Below, in pieces: positions 52,915 through 62,220 of a DNA stretch of 64,000 bases (the stretch's first letter is position 1; every line of letters starts with the position of its first letter). Under the pieces are notes generated by a model. That model had not been told where the DNA came from, did no database searches, and saw only the letters and a list, made by a program, of their open reading frames with translations. A program made the position numbers and the translations under genes. Where the stretch lies: NCBI GenBank assembly GCA_965221605.1, contig CBDCSK010000004.1, positions 209,331 to 273,330 on the forward strand, written 5' to 3'. The DNA comes from Candidatus Aldehydirespirator sp. Its GTDB lineage: Bacteria > Actinomycetota > Acidimicrobiia > Acidimicrobiales > Aldehydirespiratoraceae.

Positions 52915-53643
52915 GTGCGCACGCCAGCGGATCGCCACGAGGGGCGCAGGCCTCCGATCCTGTCCTCGCTGTCACCGGGGACCCTGGCCGACCGCCTCGG
53001 CGTGTCGACCGCGGCGGTGGTGCTCGGCGCGCTCGGGGTGCTGGCAGCCGCAGTCGGGGGCTGGTGGGCCCTGCGCCCTCCCGCCGGCCCGGACCCTGCG
53101 GAGGTCCTTCCCATGGTCGGCACGGTCCCGATCCCCACTCCGGCCCCGCCCCCATCGCCGGCACCGGAGCCGGCCCGGATCGTGGTGGATGTGGTCGGGG
53201 CGGTGGTCCGTCCTGGAATCCACGAGCTTCCTGCCTTCAGCCGGGTCGCCGACGCCATCGACGCGGCGGGCGGCTTCACGGCCGACGCCGATCGCATCCG
53301 TCTCAATCTGGCTGAGCCCGTGGCCGACGGGTCGCGTGTCTGGGTGCCGGCGATCGGTGAGTCGTCGGGACCGGATCTCGTTCCTGTTGTCGGTGGCTCG
53401 GGAGGGGTCGGCGGGGTCGAGGGTGGCCGCGGAGCCGGATCCGGGACGGTGGACATCAACACCGCCGACGCGGCCTCGCTGGAGTCGCTGCCCGGCATCG
53501 GCCCGTCGCTGGCGGCGGCCATCGTCGAGCACCGTCGACGCCACGGGTCCTTCGCCAGCGTCGACGACCTGATCGACGTCTCCGGCATCGGGCCGGTCAA
53601 GCTCGAGCAGATCCGGCCGCGGGCCACGGTGGCCGGTCCGTGA
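52915..53643 (+). CDS. comEA: Competence protein ComEA (SLBB + helix-hairpin-helix DNA-binding)
   Basis: TM segment AAVVLGALGVLAAAVGGWW. VDINTADAASLESLPGIGPSLAAAIVEHRRRHGSFASVDDLIDVSGIGPVKLEQI is a tandem HhH motif. Confidence 0.85.
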   Translation: MRTPADRHEGRRPPILSSLSPGTLADRLGVSTAAVVLGALGVLAAAVGGWWALRPPAGPDPAEVLPMVGTVPIPTPAPPPSPAPEPARIVVDVVGAVVRPGIHELPAFSRVADAIDAAGGFTADADRIRLNLAEPVADGSRVWVPAIGESSGPDLVPVVGGSGGVGGVEGGRGAGSGTVDINTADAASLESLPGIGPSLAAAIVEHRRRHGSFASVDDLIDVSGIGPVKLEQIRPRATVAGP

Positions 53644-53723
53644 CGCCCGCGGGAGCCGCGGGCCACGGTGGCCGGTCCGTGACGCCCGCGGGAGGCGCGG
53701 GCCACGGTGGCCGGTCCGTGACG
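53617..53723. repeat. 39-bp tandem repeat, ~2.7 copies, spanning the comEA stop / comEC start junction
   Basis: Unit gggccacggtggccggtccgtgacgcccgcgggagccgc at 53621, 53660 and 53699 (third copy partial). Each copy carries the GTGA stop/start overlap. Confidence 0.9.
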
Positions 53724-55556
53724 GGCCACGGGCTCCTGTCGCTCACGGCCCGGCCGGCGCCACTTACTGCTCTCCGGTGGCTCAGGGGCCCGGCGGCGAT
53801 GCCGTACGGGGCTGCGGCCGGCGCGGTGCTCGGGTCGTGGCTGCTGGTCGGAGTCCCCCTGGTGCTGGCGCTGGCGCTGGCCGCGGTGTTCGCTTGGAGG
53901 CCGAGCCCGTTGCTCGCCTTCGCGGTGTTCGCAGTCTTCGCAGGGTTCTTCGGGGCCAGGGCCCTCGACGGCTTGGCCGATCCTCCCCAGGGCCGTGTCG
54001 ACGGCTGGGTGACCCTTCTCGACGATCCCCGGCCGCTGGGCACCAACGGCATCAGGGTCACGGTCCGCCACGCCGGCGCCCGTGTCGAAGCCCGGGCCTA
54101 CGGTGCGGTCGCCGCCCGCCTCGACGACGCCCTCGCCGGAGAGCGGGTCCAGGTCTCCGGGACAGCCCGCCCCGCCACCAGCGACTGGCACCGGTGGCGC
54201 CACGTCGCGGTGACCCTCACCATCGACACGGTCGGCGAACGGGCGGGCGCGGCGCCGGTGGCCGCCTTCGCCAACCGCATAAGGCGGCTGCTGGAGTCCG
54301 GGGCTGAGAGCCTGCCCGACGACGGCCGGGCCATGTTCGCGGGGATGGTCTACGGCGACGACCGCAGCCAGTCGCCCCGGCTGTACGACGACTTCCGGGC
54401 CGCGGGTCTCGGCCATCTGCTGGTGGTGTCGGGCCAGAACGTCGCCTTCGTGCTCGCGCTGGCGTCGCCCCTGGTCACCCGGGTCCGTCCCGGGGTCCGG
54501 CTGGTGGTGCTGCTGGCCCTGCTGGGGGTGTTCGCGCTGCTGACCCGCTTCGAGCCGTCGGTGCTGCGGGCTGTGGCCATGGCGGGCACCGCCGTCACCA
54601 GCGCCGTCCTCGGACGCCCCGAGACCGGGCGCCGCACTCTGGCTTGGGCCGTGGCCGCTGTGCTGGTGGCCGACCCGTTCCTGGTGCGGGTGCTGGCCTT
54701 CCAGCTCTCGGTGTGCGCCACCTGCGGGCTGTTGTGGATCACGCCGGTGCTGGCCGAGATGCTGCCGGGTCCTCGCCCGCTGAGGCTGGCGGCCGCCACC
54801 ACGGCGGGCGCCCAGCTGGCGGTGATGCCGCTGCTGGTGGCCGTCTTCGGCACCATCCCGCTGGCGTCGTTGCCCGCCAATGTGGCCGCCGGTCCGGCGA
54901 CGGCGCCGGTGATGATGTGGGGCCTCACCGGGGGGCTGGGCGCGGGCCTGGCCGGCGGATGGCTGGCGTGGCTGGTCCACCGGCCCACCGCCGCGCTGCT
55001 GTGGTGGATCGGGGCGGTGGCGAAGACCGCCGCGGCTGCGCCGCCGGCCGTGCTGGGCGCGGGAGGTGCCGTCGCGGTCGGCATCGGGGTCGCCCTGGTA
55101 TTGGCTTCCCGAAGGCTGGAGCGGACCCGGGGGCTGGCGCCGTTGGGCGCGGCGCTGGTGGCGACCGCCTTCGCAGCCAGCGTCCTGACGGCGGCTGCGC
55201 CTCCGGTGGGCTGGTCCGAGACGGCGGGGGCGCGGGTGTTCCACCACGAGCCGGTCACAGTGGTGATCCTCGACGGTCCGGCGCGGCCTGCGAGGCTGCT
55301 GGAGTCCTTGCGGCTGGCCGGTGTGCGCCGGGTCGATCTGGTGGTGGCCGCCAGCGGCGGCGCGTCAGACGCCCATGCCGTGCTGGCGTTGAAGGACCGG
55401 TACCGGGGAGCGACGGTGGTCGCGCCGCCGATGCATCGGGTTCCCCACGCCCGCACCGTACGGACGGGATCGGTGGTCCTGGCGGGGGACGTGGAGCTGA
55501 AGGTCGTCGGCGAGGGGCCTCCGCTCGATGTTGTCGCCCGAACTTCCGGCGGTTGA
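53640..55556 (+). CDS. comEC: ComEC/Rec2-family DNA internalisation channel protein
   Basis: Polytopic. Blocks FRAAGLGHLLVVSGQNVAF and RFEPSVLRAVAMAG. Start is ambiguous: GTG at 53640, 53679 or 53718, or ATG at 53799. The C-terminal region is short for a full metallo-beta-lactamase domain. Confidence 0.8.
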   Translation: MTPAGAAGHGGRSVTPAGGAGHGGRSVTGHGLLSLTARPAPLTALRWLRGPAAMPYGAAAGAVLGSWLLVGVPLVLALALAAVFAWRPSPLLAFAVFAVFAGFFGARALDGLADPPQGRVDGWVTLLDDPRPLGTNGIRVTVRHAGARVEARAYGAVAARLDDALAGERVQVSGTARPATSDWHRWRHVAVTLTIDTVGERAGAAPVAAFANRIRRLLESGAESLPDDGRAMFAGMVYGDDRSQSPRLYDDFRAAGLGHLLVVSGQNVAFVLALASPLVTRVRPGVRLVVLLALLGVFALLTRFEPSVLRAVAMAGTAVTSAVLGRPETGRRTLAWAVAAVLVADPFLVRVLAFQLSVCATCGLLWITPVLAEMLPGPRPLRLAAATTAGAQLAVMPLLVAVFGTIPLASLPANVAAGPATAPVMMWGLTGGLGAGLAGGWLAWLVHRPTAALLWWIGAVAKTAAAAPPAVLGAGGAVAVGIGVALVLASRRLERTRGLAPLGAALVATAFAASVLTAAAPPVGWSETAGARVFHHEPVTVVILDGPARPARLLESLRLAGVRRVDLVVAASGGASDAHAVLALKDRYRGATVVAPPMHRVPHARTVRTGSVVLAGDVELKVVGEGPPLDVVARTSGG

Positions 55557-55647
55557 GGGCGATTATTTGCCCGTTTCCTCCGGAAGTTCAGGCCGTCGCC
55601 GGGTGTAGCCGCGCCGGGTCGTCGGGTGGCCGTATCATCCGGCCACT

Positions 55648-56664
55648 ATGAGCGTCCAGCTCGTCACTGGCGACGACCCTGTGCTGCTGGCGGAGGCGGT
55701 GGCCAGGACCGTCAAGGAGACGCTGGGCGACGAGGACCGCAGCCTGGCGCTGGAGCAGCTCGACGAGACGAGCCTCCGGGACCCCGACGGGGGATGGAGC
55801 CTGGCCCCGCTGGTGGATGCGGCCCAGACCGAGCCGTTCCTGACCCTGCGGCGGGTGGTGGTGGGCCGCCATCTGGCCCGGTTCTCGCGGTCGGGTCAGT
55901 GCGATGACCTGGTGCGCCTGCTGGAGAGCCTCCCGGCCACCACCGACTTGATCCTGGTGTGGGAGAGGGGAGTGGACCCGACCATGGGCGGTCGCCTGCC
56001 CGCGGTCCCCAAGGAACTCGCGGCCGCGGTGAAGGCCGCCGGGGGCGCCAAGCTGGACGTCAACCCGCCCACCCGCAAGTCCGACGCCGGAAAATGGCTG
56101 CGCGACCACCTGAACCAGTCCAGCCTCAGGTTTGAGCCGGCCGCGGTGGCGGCGGTGGAGGACCTGGTGGGTGCCGACCGGGGGAACGTCGTCGGGTTGT
56201 TGAGGACGCTTGAGGGGGCCCTGGGCGCGGGCGGCGCCGTCACCGCCGACGATGTGGCCGTCTACGGCGGCGAGGCCGGATCGGTCGTGCCGTGGGAGCT
56301 CGACGACGCCATCGACCGGGGCGACATCGCGGCCGCCCTCAAGGTCCTGCACCGCCTGCTGCCGTCGCGCCATCCCCTCCAACTGCTGGCGGCGCTGCAC
56401 GGCCGGTACCAGCGCATGCTGCGCCTCGACGGCGCCGGAGCGGCCGACGAGCACCAGGCCGCCGCGATGCTGGGAATGAAGGGATCGACGTACCCGGCCC
56501 GCAAGATCCTCGGCCAGACCCGCAAGCTGGGCTCGGAGAAGGTCGCTCGCGCCATCCGGCTCCTCGCCGACGCCGACCTCGCGCTGCGGGGAACGGTCGA
56601 CTGGCCCGACGAGCTGGTGCTGGAGGTGCTGGTGGCCCGCCTGGCTGCGCTGTCGTCGCGCTGA
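55648..56664 (+). CDS. holA: DNA polymerase III subunit delta
   Basis: 338 aa. Sits in the conserved comEC-holA-rpsT-lepA gene order. Pattern of N-terminal LVTGDDPVLL and C-terminal LADADLALRG. Confidence 0.8.
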   Translation: MSVQLVTGDDPVLLAEAVARTVKETLGDEDRSLALEQLDETSLRDPDGGWSLAPLVDAAQTEPFLTLRRVVVGRHLARFSRSGQCDDLVRLLESLPATTDLILVWERGVDPTMGGRLPAVPKELAAAVKAAGGAKLDVNPPTRKSDAGKWLRDHLNQSSLRFEPAAVAAVEDLVGADRGNVVGLLRTLEGALGAGGAVTADDVAVYGGEAGSVVPWELDDAIDRGDIAAALKVLHRLLPSRHPLQLLAALHGRYQRMLRLDGAGAADEHQAAAMLGMKGSTYPARKILGQTRKLGSEKVARAIRLLADADLALRGTVDWPDELVLEVLVARLAALSSR

Positions 56665-56754
56665 GCCCGGCTGCGCCGCCGTCGCGCTCAGCCAAACCGC
56701 GGGGCCCGTGGCTCCGCGCGGAGCGGAGCCAGGGGTCTCAACTGGCGGGTCGGC

Positions 56755-57018
56755 TCACCCGGACCGGCGCTGGATCTCCCGGCTGAGGCGGCTCTTGCGC
56801 CGGGCGGCGGTGTTCTTGTGGATGACGCCAGTGGCTGCAGCCTTGTCGATGCGCTGCACCGCCAGCCGCAGCGACTCCTCCGCGGTCTCGTCGCCGTGCT
56901 CGGCTGCTTCGATGGCGGCCTTGGTCCGGGTGTTGATCTCCGAACGGACAGCCCGGTTGCGGACCCGGCGCTTCTCGTTCTGCCGGTTGCGCTTGATCTG
57001 GGACTTGATGTTGGCCAC
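56755..57018 (-). CDS. rpsT: 30S ribosomal protein S20
   Basis: GTG at 57018 gives VANIKSQIKRNRQNEKRRVRNRAVRSE...IHKNTAARRKSRLS, the canonical S20 sequence. The longer ORF extension is not conserved-looking. Confidence 0.9.
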   Translation of the reverse strand: MANIKSQIKRNRQNEKRRVRNRAVRSEINTRTKAAIEAAEHGDETAEESLRLAVQRIDKAAATGVIHKNTAARRKSRLSREIQRRSG

Positions 57019-57090
57019 GCTCACCTGCCGGTCATCTAGGGGCCGTCGAGACCGACCGACGAGGCTACCGCCGCGGCCGGGTCGTCCCAC

Positions 57091-57378
57091 CGCGGCAGCC
57101 CCGAGGCCGAGCGGATAGGCGGGAGCGAGCGGCCTTCAAGAGCGAGGCCGTGGCCCGAGCGGCCCGTGAGCGCAGCGAACAAGAGCGGGAGACACCCCCT
57201 CGCGACGCGGGGCGCTCTCACCTATCAGCGCGGCAGCCCCGAGGCCGAGCGGGTAGGCGGGAGCGAAGGGCCTTCAAGAGCGAGGCCGTGGCCCGAGCGG
57301 CCCGTGAGCGCAGCGAACAAGAGCGGGAGACACCCCCTCGCGACGCGGGGCGCTCTCACCTATCAGCGCGGCAGCCCC
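57091..57378. repeat. 138-bp tandem repeat, 2 full units + 12 nt, in the rpsT-lepA divergent intergenic region
   Basis: cgcggcagccccgaggccgagcgg recurs at 57091, 57229 and 57367. The two units differ at only a few positions. A diverged single copy is at 31139-31270. Confidence 0.9.
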
Positions 57379-57486
57379 AGGTGGCGTCGGTAGCCTTGGG
57401 GTGCACCTCAGGCGCCGGATCCGAGCCGAACGGAGCCCTGTGGCCATGCACCCGAAGCCGCCGGCGCCGCCCGATTCGAGAGCCCC

Positions 57487-59271
57487 ATGGACCTGCACCG
57501 CATCCGCAACACGTCGATCATCGCCCACATCGACCACGGCAAGTCCACGCTGGCCGACCGCATGCTGGAACTGACCGGAGCGGTCGACGCCCGGGAGATG
57601 CGCGAGCAGTACCTCGACTCGATGGACCTCGAGCGCGAGCGCGGCATCACCATCAAGCTCCAGTCGGTGAGGCTCAACTGGCGTGACCACATCGTCAACC
57701 TGATCGACACGCCGGGCCACGTCGACTTCAGCTACGAGGTCAGCCGCTCGCTGGCCGCCTGCGAGTCGGTGATCCTGGTGGTTGACGCGGCCCAGGGCAT
57801 CGAGGCCCAGACCCTGGCCAACTGCTACCAGGCCATGGAGAACGACCTCGACGTGGTGGCCGTGGTCAACAAGATCGACCTGCCCGCGGCCGAGCCCGAC
57901 CGCTGCGCGGAGGAGATCGAGCGCGTGCTCGGGATCGACGCGGCCGACGTCCTGCGAATCTCGGCCAAGACCGGCGACGGGGTGGCCAAGCTGCTCGACG
58001 CCGTGGTGGAGCGCACCCCGCCGCCCCAAGGATCCGCGGAGGCGCCCTTGCAGGCGCTCATCTTCGACTCGCACTTCGACCAGTACCGGGGGGTGGTGTC
58101 GTCGGTGCGGATCGTGAACGGCGTGCTGGCCTCCGACGCCCGGGTCCGCTTCATGCAGGCTGGCACAGTCCACAGCGCCGACGAGGTGGGGGTGCGCACC
58201 CCGGCGAACGAGGTGGTGGAGCGCCTCGGTCCCGGCGAGACCGGGTACTTGATCGCCGGCATCAAGGACGTGGGCGAGGCCCGCTCCGGTGAGACCGTCA
58301 CCGACGAGTCCCGGCCCGCGGCGGCGGCGCTGGAGGGGTACTCCGAGCCTAAGCCCATGGTCTTCTCGGGTCTGTACCCCACCGAGGGCGACGACTTCAC
58401 CAACCTGCGGGCCGCCCTGTCGAAGCTGCGCCTCAACGACGCCGGATTCACGTACGAGCCGGAGACCTCGGGCGCGCTCGGCTTCGGATTCCGCTGCGGT
58501 TTCCTGGGGCTGCTGCACATGGAGATCGTCCGGGAGCGGCTCGAGCGCGAGTTCGACCTGGCGTTGATCTCCACCGCGCCGTCGGTGGAGTACCGGGTGA
58601 CGATGACCAGCGGCGAGGTCGTTGCGGTGTCCAACCCGTCCGACATGCCCCCCGCCGGCCAGATATTGACGGTGGCGGAGCCGTACCTGATGGTGGCGCT
58701 GATCACGCCGACCGACTACACGGGCACGCTCATGGAGCTGTGCCAGTCCCGGCGGGGCGATCTTGCCCGCATGGAGTACCTGTCGCCGGAGCGGGTCGAG
58801 CTGCGCTACCGGCTGCCGCTGGCCGAGGTGGTGATCGACTTCTTCGACCAGCTCAAGAGCCGCACCCAGGGTTACGCCAGCCTCGACTACGAGCCCGACG
58901 GCTACACCGGGGCCGACCTGGTGAAGGTGGACGTGCTGCTGCAGGGCGTTCCGGTGGACGCCTTCTCCACCGTCGTGCACCGCGACAAGGCCTACTCCTA
59001 CGGCCGGGCCATGGTCGGCCGGCTGCGGGAGCTGATACCCCGCCAGCAGTTCGAGGTGCCCATCCAGGCCGCCATCGGCGGTCGCATCATCGCCCGCGAG
59101 ACCGTCAAGGCGTACCGCAAGGACGTCACGGCCAAGCTCTACGGCGGCGACGTCACCCGCAAGCGCAAGCTCCTCGAGAAGCAGAAGCAGGGCAAGAAGC
59201 GGATGAAGAGCATCGGGCGGGTCGACATTCCCCAGGAGGCCTTCATCTCGGCGCTCACGCTGGACGGGTAG
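57487..59271 (+). CDS. lepA: Elongation factor 4 (LepA)
   Basis: 594 aa with [33 protein letters not shown] and a C-terminal LepA-specific domain. Confidence 0.95.
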   Translation: MDLHRIRNTSIIAHIDHGKSTLADRMLELTGAVDAREMREQYLDSMDLERERGITIKLQSVRLNWRDHIVNLIDTPGHVDFSYEVSRSLAACESVILVVDAAQGIEAQTLANCYQAMENDLDVVAVVNKIDLPAAEPDRCAEEIERVLGIDAADVLRISAKTGDGVAKLLDAVVERTPPPQGSAEAPLQALIFDSHFDQYRGVVSSVRIVNGVLASDARVRFMQAGTVHSADEVGVRTPANEVVERLGPGETGYLIAGIKDVGEARSGETVTDESRPAAAALEGYSEPKPMVFSGLYPTEGDDFTNLRAALSKLRLNDAGFTYEPETSGALGFGFRCGFLGLLHMEIVRERLEREFDLALISTAPSVEYRVTMTSGEVVAVSNPSDMPPAGQILTVAEPYLMVALITPTDYTGTLMELCQSRRGDLARMEYLSPERVELRYRLPLAEVVIDFFDQLKSRTQGYASLDYEPDGYTGADLVKVDVLLQGVPVDAFSTVVHRDKAYSYGRAMVGRLRELIPRQQFEVPIQAAIGGRIIARETVKAYRKDVTAKLYGGDVTRKRKLLEKQKQGKKRMKSIGRVDIPQEAFISALTLDG

Positions 59272-59281
59272 CATCTCCGCC

Positions 59282-60274
59282 ATGCTCGACGACCGCAAGG
59301 CCGCCATCCTCTACGCCGTCGTTCAGGAGTACATCCGCACCGCCCAGCCGGTGGGCTCGGTCCGGGTGGCGCGCTCGCCCGGCGTCGACGCGTCGCCGGC
59401 CACGGTTCGCAGCGAGATGGCCTCGCTGTCCGACCAGCAGTACCTGGTCCAGCCCCACACCAGCGCGGGCCGGGTGCCCACGGTCAAGGGCTACCGCTTC
59501 TTCGTCGACCAGTGGCGACATCGCTCGCCCTCGCCCACCCTCGACGCCGTCGACCGCCGGCATGTGAACGAGTTCTTCTCGGTCTCTCACGGCGGTTTCG
59601 AGTCGATACTGAGCGACACCACCGGGCTCCTGTCGGATCTCACCGACTGGACCGCGGTGGTGGTGGCGCCCAGCCCCGCGGCGGCCACCGTCCGCTCGGC
59701 CCAGTTGGTGGACCTGGCCACGGGCACGGTGATGGTGGTGGCGGTCATGTCCAACGGCGCCATCGAGAAGCGCACGATCGAGGTGCCCGTCGACACTTCG
59801 GCGGAGGTGGTGGCCGACGCCTCCCGGCGGCTGGCCCGGCGGGTGGTCGGCCGGACCCTGGCCGACATCGGGGAGTGCGACGAGCCCGACGACAGGCTTC
59901 TGGCCGCGGCCCTCGCCGCGCTGCGGGAGGCCCGGGCCCACCACGAGGTGTTCGTCGGGGGCACCTCCAAGCTGGCGGCCGCCTTCGACGCCGTGGAGCA
60001 GCTGAGCGAGGTCCTGGGCCTGCTGGAGAAGCAGCTTGTGGTGGTCACGCTGATGCGCAGGGTGCTCGACAGTGGCCTGCGGGTGGCCATCGGCGAGGAG
60101 ACCGGCGTGCCTTCGCTGGCGGACTGCTCGCTGGTGCTGGCTCCGTACAGCACCGACGGCAGCGGCGGCGGGACCGTCGGCGTGATCGGGCCGACGAGGA
60201 TGGACTATCCGCAGGCGCTCTCGGCGGTGGCCGCGGTGAGCAGCCGGCTGGGACCCGCCCTGAGCGAATCCTAG
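59282..60274 (+). CDS. hrcA: Heat-inducible transcription repressor HrcA
   Basis: 330 aa. The N-terminus MLDDRKAAILYAVVQEYIRTAQPVGS is the typical HrcA winged helix. Located upstream of dnaJ. Confidence 0.9.
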   Translation: MLDDRKAAILYAVVQEYIRTAQPVGSVRVARSPGVDASPATVRSEMASLSDQQYLVQPHTSAGRVPTVKGYRFFVDQWRHRSPSPTLDAVDRRHVNEFFSVSHGGFESILSDTTGLLSDLTDWTAVVVAPSPAAATVRSAQLVDLATGTVMVVAVMSNGAIEKRTIEVPVDTSAEVVADASRRLARRVVGRTLADIGECDEPDDRLLAAALAALREARAHHEVFVGGTSKLAAAFDAVEQLSEVLGLLEKQLVVVTLMRRVLDSGLRVAIGEETGVPSLADCSLVLAPYSTDGSGGGTVGVIGPTRMDYPQALSAVAAVSSRLGPALSES

Positions 60275-60333
60275 AGATGGTCGGTCGCGGCCGGGCTGGA
60301 GGCCGACCCGTGCGAGCGATGGGTGATCTGTAG

Positions 60334-61452
60334 ATGGCGGACCATTACGAGACGCTCGGCGTCGACCGCGACGCCACCGACGAGGAACTCAAGCGGGCCT
60401 ACCGCAAGATGGCCCGCCGGTACCATCCCGACGCCAATCCCGGAGATCCCGAGGCCGAGGCCCGCTTCAAGGAGGTGAGCGCGGCCTACGAGGTGCTGTC
60501 GGATCCCGAGCGGCGCTCGTTGTATGACCGGTTCGGGACCGACGACCCCGGCGCGGCCCGGGCCGCCGATCCCTTCGGCGGGGGGCTGGGCAGCATCTTC
60601 GACGCCTTCTTCGGCGCCGACTCGCCCTTCGGCGGCTTCGGCTCGTCGCAGCGACACCGTGGGCCGCCTCCGGGCGAGGATCTGGAGACCCACGTCGATC
60701 TCGAGCTCAGCGACGTGGTGTTCGGCGCCGAGCGGGAGGTGAGCGTGCGCACCGCGGTGCGCTGCGAGGCCTGCGACGGCAGCGGCGCCGAGGCCGGCAC
60801 CTCGCCGGTGCGGTGCTCGCAGTGCGGCGGCTCGGGCCAGGTCCGCCAGGTGCGCCAGTCGATGCTGGGCCAGATGGTGACCGCCGGGGTGTGCGACCGC
60901 TGCGGCGGCCTGGGCGAGATGATCGAGCAGCCGTGCCGCGAGTGCGACGGCCACGGGCGCCGGCTCGAGAGGCGCACCTACAGCGTCCAGGTGCCGGCGG
61001 GGGTCGACGACGGGACCACGCTGCGCCTCAGCGGTCGGGGGGCGGCCGGATCGCGGGGCGGCGCCCACGGAGACCTGTATGTCCACACCAGGGTCCGGCC
61101 CCATCCTCGCTTCCACCGCGACGGCAGCGACCTCGTGCACGAGCTGCATGTGCCGTTCACGCAGGCCGCGCTGGGGGTGCGCCTGGAGTACGAGACGCTC
61201 GACGGCACCGAGACCATCGCGATTGCCAGGGGGACCGAGACCGGCGCGGTGCTGCGCCTGCGGGGCCGCGGCGTGCCCCATGTGCGGGGCCGGGGCCGTG
61301 GCGATCTGCTGATCCGTCTGGTGGTCGATGTTCCCGACGATCTCACCGACGAGCAGGAGGAGCTGGTGCGCCGGCTGGCCGAGCTGCGGGGCGAGGATGT
61401 CGCCGAGCCGAGCGAGGGCCTGCTGGGGCGGATCCGCACCGCGTTCCGGTGA
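60334..61452 (+). CDS. dnaJ: Molecular chaperone DnaJ
   Basis: J-domain YETLGV...HPD. G/F-rich region. Four CxxCxGxG zinc-finger motifs ([32 protein letters not shown]). Confidence 0.95.
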   Translation: MADHYETLGVDRDATDEELKRAYRKMARRYHPDANPGDPEAEARFKEVSAAYEVLSDPERRSLYDRFGTDDPGAARAADPFGGGLGSIFDAFFGADSPFGGFGSSQRHRGPPPGEDLETHVDLELSDVVFGAEREVSVRTAVRCEACDGSGAEAGTSPVRCSQCGGSGQVRQVRQSMLGQMVTAGVCDRCGGLGEMIEQPCRECDGHGRRLERRTYSVQVPAGVDDGTTLRLSGRGAAGSRGGAHGDLYVHTRVRPHPRFHRDGSDLVHELHVPFTQAALGVRLEYETLDGTETIAIARGTETGAVLRLRGRGVPHVRGRGRGDLLIRLVVDVPDDLTDEQEELVRRLAELRGEDVAEPSEGLLGRIRTAFR

Positions 61453-62192
61453 GCGGCCTGTCGTCGGTCGCAGGTGCCGGCGCGGGCGGGTCGGCTGGCG
61501 GGTCCGGGCCGCATGTCCTCGTCGAGGACGTGGATGGGCCTGAACTCTCCGACGACGATCGCCACCATCTGGAGCGGGTGCTGCGGCTGCGGTCCGGTGA
61601 CCCGCTGACGGTGGGCGACGGGGCCGGACGCTGGAGGCCGTGCCGGTTCGGAGCGGTGATCGAGCCCGACGGCGATGTCGTCGCGGTGGCGCCGGCAGCG
61701 GTGGAGGTCGCGGTGGGCTTCGCAGTGCTGAAGGGCGGGCGTTCCGAGAGTGTGGTGCAGAAGCTCACTGAGCTTGGCGTCGACCGGATCGCGCCGTTCG
61801 TCGCTGAGCGGTCGGTGGTGCGTTGGGACGAGGCTCGGGCCGGTCGGCAGGTCGAGCGCTGGAAGCGGGTGGCCCGCGATGCGGTCATGCAGTGCCGCCG
61901 TCTGTGGCTGCCGCGGATCGATCCGGTGCGGGATTTCGGAGAACTCGACCTGACCGGCGCCGCGCTGGCCGCCTCTGTGGGCCGGACCATGGCCGGTGGC
62001 GAGAACTTCGTCCTGATCGGACCCGAGGGAGGATGGGCCGACGCCGAGCTGGCCGCCGTGCCGGTTCACGTGGGATTGGGGCCGCACATCATGCGAGCCG
62101 AGACGGCCGCGGTCGCGGCGGCGGCGATGCTCGCGGCCAGGCGCAGCGGGCACCTGCCCGCCGCGGGGCAGGCGGGGGAGACTCTGGCTTGA
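61449..62192 (+). CDS. rsmE: 16S rRNA (uracil1498-N3)-methyltransferase RsmE
   Basis: GTG at 61449 overlaps the dnaJ stop (GTGA). Contains [38 protein letters not shown] and RAETAAV. Conserved hrcA-dnaJ-rsmE order. Confidence 0.85.
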   Translation: MSGLSSVAGAGAGGSAGGSGPHVLVEDVDGPELSDDDRHHLERVLRLRSGDPLTVGDGAGRWRPCRFGAVIEPDGDVVAVAPAAVEVAVGFAVLKGGRSESVVQKLTELGVDRIAPFVAERSVVRWDEARAGRQVERWKRVARDAVMQCRRLWLPRIDPVRDFGELDLTGAALAASVGRTMAGGENFVLIGPEGGWADAELAAVPVHVGLGPHIMRAETAAVAAAAMLAARRSGHLPAAGQAGETLA

Positions 62193-62220
62193 GCCTGGCG
62201 GGGAGCGCGCGGGCAAGCGC

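Noticed and set aside
52851-55247. 798-aa minus-strand ORF opposite comEA/comEC
   Set aside because: The translation is Arg/Pro/Gly-rich with no motifs. It is antisense to two genes with clear ComEA/ComEC signatures. High-GC shadow frame.
53617-57378. Tandem repeats (39-bp at the comEA/comEC junction, 138-bp between rpsT and lepA) as possible CRISPR arrays
   Set aside because: The units are directly adjacent with no unique spacers. There are only 2-3 copies and no cas genes nearby. These are not CRISPR.
59200-59281. Expected CIRCE operator (TTAGCACTC-N9-GAGTGCTAA) upstream of hrcA/dnaJ
   Set aside because: hrcA starts 10 bp after lepA, and I saw no CIRCE-like inverted repeat in the flanking sequence or before dnaJ. 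The HrcA target is probably elsewhere, for example at groES/EL.
57274-59307. 677-aa minus-strand ORF opposite lepA
   Set aside because: lepA on the plus strand is unambiguous (GTPase motifs). The antisense ORF is a codon-position artefact.
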